The position numbers and the translations under genes are program-made. Shown here piece after piece: positions 24,778-32,731 of a stretch of 42,545 bases of DNA. The stretch lies in UHGV virus genome UHGV-0212520; one strand, given 5' to 3'. The notes below the pieces were generated by a model. That model had not been told where the DNA came from. It searched no databases and saw only the letters and a program-made list of their open reading frames with translations. How positions within the stretch are numbered: position 1 is the stretch's first letter; the number at the start of each line of letters is the position of its first letter. The stretch is from a virus.

Positions 24778-25190
24778 TGGGCTACTTTGAGGACTTAACC
24801 AAAGCGTTCGATGTGCCGCTGGTAGCCTTCGGAACCACCAACGGCATCAAGGTCGCGCTTGAAAACATCGACGCGCCGACATCAACAGATACGCCGTATC
24901 TGGCTAGTTACATGCTACTTGCGGATACTGAGCAAGCAGATTTGTTCTTCACGGAACAACGTTCGGGCATTTATCAGGTAGACATTAACTACGCATCGGT
25001 GAAAGGTAGCGCGCCAATCAATAAAATGGCAGACTTACTTAACACGGCGTTTAAAGCAGGCAAGTCATTTTCGCGTAACGACATCTGCGCCGAGGTTCAA
25101 TCGGTTAGCCTGGGGCCGCTGATTGTAGAAAATGGATGGGCCAAACGGCCATTGTCAATTAACTTTATTGCATTCACCAAGAGGCTGTGA
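24774..25190 (+). CDS. Putative tail terminator/completion protein
   Basis: 138 aa immediately upstream of major tail protein; synteny only. Confidence 0.4.
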   Translation: MMGYFEDLTKAFDVPLVAFGTTNGIKVALENIDAPTSTDTPYLASYMLLADTEQADLFFTEQRSGIYQVDINYASVKGSAPINKMADLLNTAFKAGKSFSRNDICAEVQSVSLGPLIVENGWAKRPLSINFIAFTKRL

Positions 25191-26362
25191 ATATGGCTAC
25201 AACTCCTTTTAAGGGCGCGAATACCGCGCAATTCTATGTGGCGGAAGTGACCCCGGGCGTAACACCGGCAAACCCGGTATGGTCGCCGTTGCGTAACACT
25301 GGCGGCGTTCCCGCGGTAACCCGAGATGCGCTGACTTCCAACGAACTGGACGGCAGCCGAGAAACTACATCCATCCGCACTGGTAACAAACAGGTCAGCG
25401 GCGAGTATGCCATTGAGCTTAGCTCCCGTAGCCAGGATGATTTCCTTGCGGGTGCTATGACTTCTACGTGGCAGGATGGGGTAACCTTATCCGCTGTCGG
25501 AATTACGGTAGACCCGGTAGCAAAAACTTTCACCCGCGACACTGGCAGTTTCATTACTGACGGAGTAGAGGTCGGGGACCTTCTGTATTTTGACGCTTTA
25601 ACCGGCGATAACTCTAAGCCGTTTATCGTTACCGCAGTAACTGCTACTGTGGTTACGGGTGCAGGTATTCAACACACCCTGACCGCCGAAGGTCCTATCG
25701 AGACCGACGGTAAAACGGGTGACAAGCTGGAAACCGGTAACGCATGTAAGACTTTCTCCATCCTGACATGGTTCAAAGGTCAGTGTGGGAACCCAGACGC
25801 GTACATGTTGACCAAAGGCGTGGAAATCTCCGGTTTCACCATTGAACAGGCCGTAAACGCGATGGCGACGGGCAGCTTCCCGTTCATCGGCCTGAGTCAG
25901 GAGATTCTTACCGCGCCGCCAGCAGGTTCCGACTTCTCTCAGGTCACATTCACTGACGAGCCGTTCTCTTCTGTAGATGTGTCTGTGTTCGACGGTTCTA
26001 CGCCGTTGCGTTGCGATACTCTGACCATCACCAACGACAACGGTGCTTCCGCGCAGTTCGAACTCGGCAACAGTAGCGTTGCGTTCGTGGAACGTGGTCG
26101 CGCAGCTAATACCTTCTCCATCTCCGGTAAGCTGTACGACATGGCGATGATCCAGAAGTTTATCAACGAGCAGCAGGTAGAGATTAACTCTATTCTGGCG
26201 GGGGTAAACGGAGCTATGTCTTTCAGTTTGAAACGTGCCGAACTTACGGCGGTTACACCAGAGATTGGGGGGCCAGAGTCAATCACTCAGTCCGTTGAAG
26301 GGCAGGCCACCGGCAACCAGTACCAGTCGTCTATTGTTATCCAGCGTATCACCTACGCATAA
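25187..26362 (+). CDS. Major tail (tube) protein
   Basis: 391 aa (probable ATG at 25193, RBS AAGAGG); last gene before terminator and upstream of chaperone/tape-measure genes. Confidence 0.55.
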   Translation: MNMATTPFKGANTAQFYVAEVTPGVTPANPVWSPLRNTGGVPAVTRDALTSNELDGSRETTSIRTGNKQVSGEYAIELSSRSQDDFLAGAMTSTWQDGVTLSAVGITVDPVAKTFTRDTGSFITDGVEVGDLLYFDALTGDNSKPFIVTAVTATVVTGAGIQHTLTAEGPIETDGKTGDKLETGNACKTFSILTWFKGQCGNPDAYMLTKGVEISGFTIEQAVNAMATGSFPFIGLSQEILTAPPAGSDFSQVTFTDEPFSSVDVSVFDGSTPLRCDTLTITNDNGASAQFELGNSSVAFVERGRAANTFSISGKLYDMAMIQKFINEQQVEINSILAGVNGAMSFSLKRAELTAVTPEIGGPESITQSVEGQATGNQYQSSIVIQRITYA

Positions 26363-26363
26363 A

Positions 26364-26392
26364 ACTAAGGCCCCTTTCGGGGCCTTTTTCTT
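26364..26392. terminator. Bidirectional intrinsic terminator (AAGGCCCC-N4-GGGGCCTT family)
   Basis: ctaaggcccctttcggggcctttttc; T-tracts on both strands. Confidence 0.7.
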
Positions 26393-26549
26393 ATTCCTTC
26401 AATTGCATAGGGTAGAAGTTAACGACTTCTCCTTTATCCCGAAGCCGTGAATATTCATCTAACGCATCTTCCTGGCTACTTACGGCATAGATATCATTCC
26501 ACTCGTCCCACTCTTTGTCGTATACGCGGATTACATATATTGTTTTCAT
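26391..26549 (-). CDS. Small hypothetical protein, last gene of minus-strand moron operon
   Basis: Probable start at ATG 26549 (MKTIYVIRVYDKEWDEW...), 52 aa; the track ORF extends to 26606 but would overlap the upstream gene. Confidence 0.35.
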   Translation of the reverse strand: MKTIYVIRVYDKEWDEWNDIYAVSSQEDALDEYSRLRDKGEVVNFYPMQLKE

Positions 26550-26556
26550 TACGGTC

Positions 26557-26787
26557 TCACTCATCAATGTTACTTCGATACTCCCGTAACTTCTCCAGAC
26601 TTTCAATCGCTTCCGCTAAGTCTGTTCCGGTGTCCTTGTGTCCGCGCAAGCCCATGCACAATAACTTCTTCAATGCGTGCTGTAACGCCGGGTCGCGGAT
26701 GTCGAAGGCGCGGAGCACATCATAAACGTCTACTGTCATAGTGCTGCCGTGGATGTTCGTCATTGTGCGGTTGTATTTTGAAGTCAT
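26557..26787 (-). CDS. Hypothetical protein in moron operon
   Basis: 76 aa; ATG overlaps stop of upstream phosphoesterase gene (ATGA). Confidence 0.5.
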   Translation of the reverse strand: MTSKYNRTMTNIHGSTMTVDVYDVLRAFDIRDPALQHALKKLLCMGLRGHKDTGTDLAEAIESLEKLREYRSNIDE

Positions 26788-27914
26788 CCCAGCATCTCCG
26801 GTGAAATAGTTAAACGTGCGACTTCGCCATATTCGGCGCTATAAGTAATTACATTTGCGCTACGGCCAGACATCCACCCACCGCGGGAAGCATATGCATC
26901 TTTCGCCGCGAGAGTGCGATGTTGTTCCACTACCATATTCCTACTTTCTACAATCTTTTGATGGTGGAGATGCCCGACATGTGCGTAACTGTACTCGCTT
27001 TCGCCAAATGCTTTTCTGAACTTAGCTATCATAATGGGTTCGACCACCTCAAACCGGCATTTATGCCCGTGCGTAAAGAACAGCGTCGTTTTGCCGTGCT
27101 GGACCATCTTGTAAACATCCGGCGACGTATCGACGAACACACGCGGCTCATTGTCATACAGCGTACTGAACATCTCAGCCAACCAAATCATGCCACTCTC
27201 GTCGTGATTTCCTTGCACGATAAGCAAGCGAACATTTTTGTGTTTAACCAGCGCCATATCAACAACACGGCGGACCATACGAATCATGTAGCGGACCAGT
27301 TTCTGATAGCGTGTGTCTGCGTCCAACACATGGCGCGACTCAGGGGTAACGGCATCCAGACTATCGAAGTGCGCGAAGTCACCTAACAGGTTAATAACTC
27401 CTGTCCCTGCATCCGGTGCTTTCTGAAACGCTGCATCGAACCAGCGAGAGAACAGGTCTTCCGCGATTTTCATATCCCAGTCGTCGCCGCTCTCGTCGGC
27501 CCAGGCCAGCATGCCAAGATGAAAATCAGATACCGTGTAAAGATTGAGTAGTTTATCATCGCGTTTAGCGCGGGCAGCTTTAACAGGCGCAACTGGCGTA
27601 ATCTCCGACTTCATGCCCTCGATTACGGCTTTCATCAACTCGACCTGACGTTCGGCGTCGGTGTCAGTCTTAACCCATTGCAGTTTAGTATTGCCAAACT
27701 CGTCCACCAGCGACGATGTACCTTTAATCTTGTAGCCGTCTGGTACAAGGTGGCTGACGTCACGTCCGTGGCCTACGCCTTTCTTAGCCAGCTTCGCTTT
27801 ACGGATGCGAATAACGCGGTCTGAGATGCCGTATTTACGGGCGATGTCGATATTCTTCACACCGGCGTTCAATTCTTCCTGCAACTGTTCGTCGGTTATT
27901 TTCTTCCGGGCCAT
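26784..27914 (-). CDS. N-terminal HTH domain fused to calcineurin-like metallophosphoesterase (SbcD/Mre11-like motif set)
   Basis: 376 aa; N-terminal ITDEQLQEELNAGVKNIDIARKYGISDRVIRIRKAKL (HTH); then SDFHLG (DxH), LLGDFAHFD (GDxxD-like), VQGNHDE (GNHD/E), FTHGHK, HVGHLHH (GHxH); RBS GAGGAA. Confidence 0.6.
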   Translation of the reverse strand: MARKKITDEQLQEELNAGVKNIDIARKYGISDRVIRIRKAKLAKKGVGHGRDVSHLVPDGYKIKGTSSLVDEFGNTKLQWVKTDTDAERQVELMKAVIEGMKSEITPVAPVKAARAKRDDKLLNLYTVSDFHLGMLAWADESGDDWDMKIAEDLFSRWFDAAFQKAPDAGTGVINLLGDFAHFDSLDAVTPESRHVLDADTRYQKLVRYMIRMVRRVVDMALVKHKNVRLLIVQGNHDESGMIWLAEMFSTLYDNEPRVFVDTSPDVYKMVQHGKTTLFFTHGHKCRFEVVEPIMIAKFRKAFGESEYSYAHVGHLHHQKIVESRNMVVEQHRTLAAKDAYASRGGWMSGRSANVITYSAEYGEVARLTISPEMLG

Positions 27915-27951
27915 GCTTATTCCTCGTGCTTAGGATTTGTCCTATACTAGC

Positions 27952-28143
27952 TCACTTCTCTTTAACATTCGAGTTGCAAGCCCAGATTAAAATAAATAAC
28001 CACGGCAACAGAACCCAGCCAAGAAACAGATTAGCCATGAATATCGCTAATTTCGCTTTATGGTTGCGGAAGTACGCAACCAGGAAAGGTGTGAAATAGG
28101 CGAGAAGTGCAAACAGAATTAAGGAAACCGGTAAACTGGACAT
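27952..28143 (-). CDS. Superinfection immunity protein (T4 Imm-like small membrane protein)
   Basis: YFTPFLVAYFRNHKAKLAIFMANLFLGWVLLPWLFILIWA matches the Imm_superinfect pattern (YFLPSI..F.R.H.N..AIF.LNL.LGWT..GW..ALIWA) from memory; start set to ATG 28143 (RBS AAGGGG); first gene after promoter B4. Confidence 0.6.
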   Translation of the reverse strand: MSSLPVSLILFALLAYFTPFLVAYFRNHKAKLAIFMANLFLGWVLLPWLFILIWACNSNVKEK

Positions 28144-28173
28144 TTTAAACCCCTTCATTGTTGGTGTAAGTGA

Positions 28174-28202
28174 ATAGTACCCTATTATATTGGGGTGCGC
28201 AA
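28174..28202 (-). promoter_or_regulatory. sigma70-like promoter, family B copy 4 (TTGCGC-N17-TACTAT on minus strand)
   Basis: Reverse complement: TTGCGC accccaatataataggg TACTAT tcactt; drives the imm/phosphoesterase operon. Confidence 0.55.
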
Positions 28203-28309
28203 GTAATGTGATAGAATAATTTTGCGCCTAGTGTCGCACACGAAAAGCGGGTGGTTCCCGTCTGGCGCATTAACCTTAACCAGTAACCTCTTAACCAAAG
28301 GATTAAAGA

Positions 28310-28726
28310 ATGAAACTTTCTGATTTTTATTTCGAAGAGAAAGCACTGGTGGGCAAGAAGATGCCGATTCTCCTGCCGAATGGCGAAGACTCCGGGGAAT
28401 GGCTTAACGTTGTAAGTCCTGATGCGGATGTCGCTGTTAAAGCGGGGCGTGCTTTCATTATCGCGTATCGTCGCGGGCTGGCACGTTTCGAAGAACTGGA
28501 AAAAGCCGCCAAAGAATCCGGCGACTATACTGAATATAACCTGGCGGTTAACGAACTGGCAGAAGACCTCAACCGGCAACTCGCGGCAGAAGTCGTAAAC
28601 GGCTGGAGCTTTGATGAGCCTTTCTCTAAAGAAGCATTTAGCAAATTGCTGGACCAGTTCAAGGCATTGGGCACACAGGTAGCAGCGTTCCATAACGCTG
28701 AGCGCAAAGCATTACAGGAAAAGTAG
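28310..28726 (+). CDS. Tail assembly chaperone (lambda gpG-like)
   Basis: 138 aa acidic protein immediately upstream of tape measure; -1 frame ORF continues past its stop. Confidence 0.55.
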   Translation: MKLSDFYFEEKALVGKKMPILLPNGEDSGEWLNVVSPDADVAVKAGRAFIIAYRRGLARFEELEKAAKESGDYTEYNLAVNELAEDLNRQLAAEVVNGWSFDEPFSKEAFSKLLDQFKALGTQVAAFHNAERKALQEK

Positions 28727-29091
28727 ACGCGCTGTACAGGTTCGCCACCTACGAGTTTGTGGATAAGCATAAAATCAGAGAGTTTGATTCTATAGCTGAC
28801 GGCCACGAACAGGCGCTTATCGCGATGGGTGTAATCGATAAGAAAAAACGTGCAGCGCGACGGGGTGGGCCAGAATGCCCGCCCCTTTTTATATCCACCT
28901 TTGAGACGTACTGTGACATTAAGTTTACGCGACACGTGCGCGAGGACGCTGTAGTATTGTTTGCAAGAGAATCCGTTACGTGGCAAGACCTGAAAGCCTA
29001 TCTCGATGTTACGCAAAAACAGCTTAGCCTGTTCGAGATAGACATTATCATGGGCTTAGAAGCAATCTTTGAAGGTAGAAATCATGGCTGA
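28310..29091 (+). CDS. Predicted tail assembly chaperone frameshift fusion (gpGT-like, -1 PRF near 28718-28726)
   Basis: -1 frame is open from the G stop to 29091, ending inside the tape-measure start; candidate slip at G_GAA_AAG immediately before the TAG stop; the track's independent ORF 28759-29091 has only a GTG start and no RBS. Confidence 0.4.
28718..28726 (+). promoter_or_regulatory. Candidate -1 programmed ribosomal frameshift site (GAA AAG TAG)
   Basis: Lys codon AAG can re-pair as AAA in -1 frame; placed at last sense codon before the stop; lambda G/GT uses GGGAAAG at the equivalent position. Confidence 0.35.
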
Positions 29092-31357
29092 TACCGCTAG
29101 TTTGATAGTACGAGTATCATCGACCGGCGTCGATAAAACCACATCACAACTGAACGGGCTTACTAAGGCGGCGGGGGCCGCTGCCGCTGCCGTTGTCAGT
29201 CTGGAAACTGCTAAGCAGGTATTCAGCGCGCTGGTGGACTCCCAGCGCAACTTCGACAAGCTGAACTCTGGCCTCATCACAATGACCGGGAGCGCTGAGA
29301 ACGCGGCTAAGGCTTTCAGCGTCCTGCAACAGTTCGCAAAAGAAACCCCGTATGGCCTCAATCAGGCGGTAGAGGGGTTTACCAAGCTTGTTGCACTGGG
29401 CCTGAACCCCAGCAAAGAGGCATTAATCTCCTACGGCAACACCGCGGCTGCTATGGGTAAAGACCTTAATCAGATGATTGAGGCGGTTGCCGACGCCAGT
29501 ACCTTTGAGTTTGAGCGACTAAAAGAGTTCGGCATCAAGTCGTCGCAACAGGCGGATACAGTTTCGCTCACGTTCCGCGGCGTAACGACCACGGTTAAAA
29601 AGAACTCCGAAGAGATTCAGAAATACCTGTTAAACATCGGTAACACTGATTTTGCGGGGGCGATGGAAACGCGCTCGAAGACCTTAGATGGTCAATTATC
29701 AAGCCTCGCCGACTCTTTCGACGGCCTTGTTCTTGCGGTAGCGCAATCCGGTTTTGGCGACGCCGTAGGCGAGCAAGCTGCGACAGCGGAAGATGCTATC
29801 ACCGCGCTCACCGACGCCATCGCATCTAATGAGATAGCGGCGACGCTCCAGGATTGGGTGACACTGTTCAATGAATCGTTCAAGTTTATTTCTGATGCCC
29901 TGAATGGCCTGGCATACGACACCGAGGACAAATCCGCGGATATGTCAGACTCGCTGGGAACTATCCCTGACGCCATCCGAGAGTGGTTGCCCGACATCCA
30001 GCAGACATTCCATGAGGTTATTGCGTGGTTCCAGCGCATCGACGATTATGCTGTAGCGCTTGGCCAGACCCTTGCCGACGTGTTTGACCCGAGCAAAACG
30101 GCAGCGCTCACATTTAAAAACCTGACCGCAGAGGCCGACGCCGCATACGACGCCAGCATAAAACGCGCAGAGGCAGAATCCCAGGCTATTACCAACAGGT
30201 CTAAGCAGCGTAAGAAAGAAATTGAGGAACAGCGCAAGCAGTATAATGAGCGCAAGCAGCAAGAAATTGACCTGGCCAGCCTTGTTAACGGAAAGGGTGG
30301 AACTGGTGGGGCAGGAAACACCAACGACAAAGACGCGAAAGCCGCCGCTAAGAAAGCGGAGCAATTGCGTAATCAGGCCCAGGATTATCTGGACACTTTG
30401 GCCCGCCAGAACAATGATGAGTTAAAGGCTATCGACGCGCAGGAGCAGCAGAAACTGGCTAAAGCGAAAGAGTTCTACAGCCAGGGCGCGCTGTCACTGA
30501 AAGAATACGAGCAAGCAAAAACGGCTATTGTCCTGGAAGCAGGGCAAAAACGACAAGATGAACTGGATAAACGCCAGAAAGAAGCCCAGGAAAAGCAGCA
30601 GAAAGGCGATGACTTCATGGCCCAGATTATGGGGCAGAACGCTGCCGAGCTTGATCTCCTCGACATCCAGGAACAGCAGAAACTGGCCGTCACCGATAAG
30701 TATCGAGAACAGGGACTTATTAACGAGGGACAGTATCAAGCTGCACTTAACGCTATAAATGAGCAGTATGCCACGAAGCGCGCCGACGCAACGGCAACGG
30801 CCTTCGGTAACATGGCTTCAAACATTGGTTCGGCTTTGGGCGAGGCTTCTGGTGCGTACAAGGCATTCGCCATCGTGCAGGCCACCATAGCCACGTATAC
30901 CGCAGCTATTGAAGCGTACAAGTCAACGGCAGCTATCCCTGTAGTTGGCCCGTTCCTGGCCCCCGTAGCCGCTGCCGCTGCCGTTGGAGCAGGTATGGCG
31001 CAGGTTTCCGCTATCAGGTCCGCGCGTGAGCAGGGCGGTCAGTTATCCGCGGGGCAGGCTTCCACCATCGCCGAACGCGGTAAACCAGAAGTTATCATGC
31101 CCGCTGGCGCGTCGCGTGTGCGCACCGCACAGCAGATGAAAGAAATTATGGGACAAAACGGGTCTTCTTCCGGTCCGTCTAATGTTACCATCGTAAATAA
31201 CACATCGAGTAAGATTGGCAACGTATCCACCGAACAAGATGATGAAGGCCGTTTACGTATCATCATCGAAGAACAAGTGGCTGCGTCTTTGCAGAACAGC
31301 AACAGTAAGATTAGCAAGGCCCGCAAGGCCACAAGAAATGCGCCGGGGTTCAAGTAA
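29084..31357 (+). CDS. Tail tape measure protein
   Basis: 757 aa from ATG 29084 (RBS GAAGG); long Ala/Gln/Glu-rich coiled-coil; downstream of chaperone pair. Confidence 0.8.
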   Translation: MADTASLIVRVSSTGVDKTTSQLNGLTKAAGAAAAAVVSLETAKQVFSALVDSQRNFDKLNSGLITMTGSAENAAKAFSVLQQFAKETPYGLNQAVEGFTKLVALGLNPSKEALISYGNTAAAMGKDLNQMIEAVADASTFEFERLKEFGIKSSQQADTVSLTFRGVTTTVKKNSEEIQKYLLNIGNTDFAGAMETRSKTLDGQLSSLADSFDGLVLAVAQSGFGDAVGEQAATAEDAITALTDAIASNEIAATLQDWVTLFNESFKFISDALNGLAYDTEDKSADMSDSLGTIPDAIREWLPDIQQTFHEVIAWFQRIDDYAVALGQTLADVFDPSKTAALTFKNLTAEADAAYDASIKRAEAESQAITNRSKQRKKEIEEQRKQYNERKQQEIDLASLVNGKGGTGGAGNTNDKDAKAAAKKAEQLRNQAQDYLDTLARQNNDELKAIDAQEQQKLAKAKEFYSQGALSLKEYEQAKTAIVLEAGQKRQDELDKRQKEAQEKQQKGDDFMAQIMGQNAAELDLLDIQEQQKLAVTDKYREQGLINEGQYQAALNAINEQYATKRADATATAFGNMASNIGSALGEASGAYKAFAIVQATIATYTAAIEAYKSTAAIPVVGPFLAPVAAAAAVGAGMAQVSAIRSAREQGGQLSAGQASTIAERGKPEVIMPAGASRVRTAQQMKEIMGQNGSSSGPSNVTIVNNTSSKIGNVSTEQDDEGRLRIIIEEQVAASLQNSNSKISKARKATRNAPGFK

Positions 31358-31857
31358 TGAGCGACTTATACTTTCCACGTAGCCTCCGCCCTATAGTGTC
31401 GAAAGGCTACTCAATGACCAGACGCAACAACGTTTGGAGTGTCGATTTAGCCGGTGGCGGAGTACGTCAGGGCCGTGACACGTATTACGACGTGTTCCCG
31501 ATAAGCGTAACTCTGGTTACATCGGCGTTAGGGCGGCAGGCGTTTCTGTCGTTCCTTGAGAAAGTAGACGGCGGTGCGTCAAGTTTCTGGATGGCGCACG
31601 ACTTCGGCATGGGTATTGAGGATTATCAGGTAACCATTACGTCCACCATCGCGGAATCCACCGAAGACGGCATTAACTGGACGATTACTTTCACGGCAAC
31701 CGCCGAGAAATCTCCGTTCCAGGACCTTGAGAACCAGTGCCTGATTAACAATCTGCCAGATTTGTATGGTTGTTATGGCGACGGGCTGGGGTGTTTCCTT
31801 AAAGCCTACGGAACCGCACAATCAACGTTTCCACGAATTTGGGACCCGATGCAATGA
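31357..31857 (+). CDS. Minor/distal tail protein
   Basis: 166 aa immediately after tape measure; synteny only. Confidence 0.45.
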   Translation: MSDLYFPRSLRPIVSKGYSMTRRNNVWSVDLAGGGVRQGRDTYYDVFPISVTLVTSALGRQAFLSFLEKVDGGASSFWMAHDFGMGIEDYQVTITSTIAESTEDGINWTITFTATAEKSPFQDLENQCLINNLPDLYGCYGDGLGCFLKAYGTAQSTFPRIWDPMQ

Positions 31858-32369
31858 GCCAGGAATCAGTAGAAGCCGCCTATCGCCGTAAGCTGGCCTC
31901 AAATCCCGACGGCGAGATGGACTACATCACGTTGCAAATCAGCCATCCGTTGTTGTCGAAGACGTACTATCTTGTGCGCGGGTTACAGGAACTCACGGCA
32001 ACACTGGAGACGGGCGAAACAATCACCTTCGAACCCACCCCGATGGAAGCGTCGGGGGCTGCTAATAATAGTGATATGGACCAGACGACAACATTTACTT
32101 TACCGGATATTCTCAATAAACTGGACGATGAGATGGATAAAATTCCGATGAGCAATACAGAGTTGCCGAAGTTTATATTCCGCCGTTATGTCAGCACCGA
32201 CCTGTCTTATCCGGCCGACGGTCCCGTCGTATACGAGTTACAGGCCATCAACCAGGAGAAGGGCGAGTTCTCCGCGGATGTCGGTACACCTATGCTGAAC
32301 CAACGGAGCACTGGTATACTGATGACACCTAAAGAGATACCGTTATTGCGCGGCCTGTTGACCACATGA
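31839..32369 (+). CDS. Minor tail protein (gpL-like position)
   Basis: 176 aa in tail-tip gene cluster; synteny only. Confidence 0.45.
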   Translation: MGPDAMSQESVEAAYRRKLASNPDGEMDYITLQISHPLLSKTYYLVRGLQELTATLETGETITFEPTPMEASGAANNSDMDQTTTFTLPDILNKLDDEMDKIPMSNTELPKFIFRRYVSTDLSYPADGPVVYELQAINQEKGEFSADVGTPMLNQRSTGILMTPKEIPLLRGLLTT

Positions 32370-32731
32370 ATATTAACGACTACACGGGAATACCTTACGA
32401 CTTTCGCAAACGTAATTGCTGGCACCATGTGCGCATTGTCCGCGCAGATGCCGGGTTAGAAACCCCGGCGTTCGACGTCACAAGCCCAACGGCAATTAAC
32501 GAAGCGTTTGACGAAGGACGTCGCAACACAAAGGGGCTTACGAAGATTGATAAGCCTGAAAACTTCTGTGCGGTGCTTATGGGGTATCGCCGTGGTGGTC
32601 GTATCGTGTGGCATGCAGGGGTCTACTTCGACGGGATGGTGAGTCATTGTGAGCTTGCATCACGTCAGGTACGGCTTGACAGGCTGGCGGACCTCAGAGA
32701 CACGTACACGGAGATTGAATTTTGGCGATAA
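32366..32731 (+). CDS. Tail assembly protein with NlpC/P60-like Cys/His (gpK-like)
   Basis: 121 aa; RNCWHHVR (Cys) and VWHAGVY (His) in expected order; position before the gpJ-like gene. Confidence 0.45.
   Translation: MNINDYTGIPYDFRKRNCWHHVRIVRADAGLETPAFDVTSPTAINEAFDEGRRNTKGLTKIDKPENFCAVLMGYRRGGRIVWHAGVYFDGMVSHCELASRQVRLDRLADLRDTYTEIEFWR

Noticed and set aside
28206-28309. Plus-strand promoter for the tail-chaperone operon (TTGGGG-N16-TAGAAT around 28190-28216)
   Set aside because: The -35 match is poor and it overlaps the stronger minus-strand promoter; plausible re-initiation site but too weak to annotate.
28759-29091. Track ORF 28759-29091 as an independent gene
   Set aside because: It begins at a GTG without RBS and is in the -1 frame of the upstream chaperone gene, which stays open back to that gene's last codons; better explained as the T portion of a G-T frameshift fusion.
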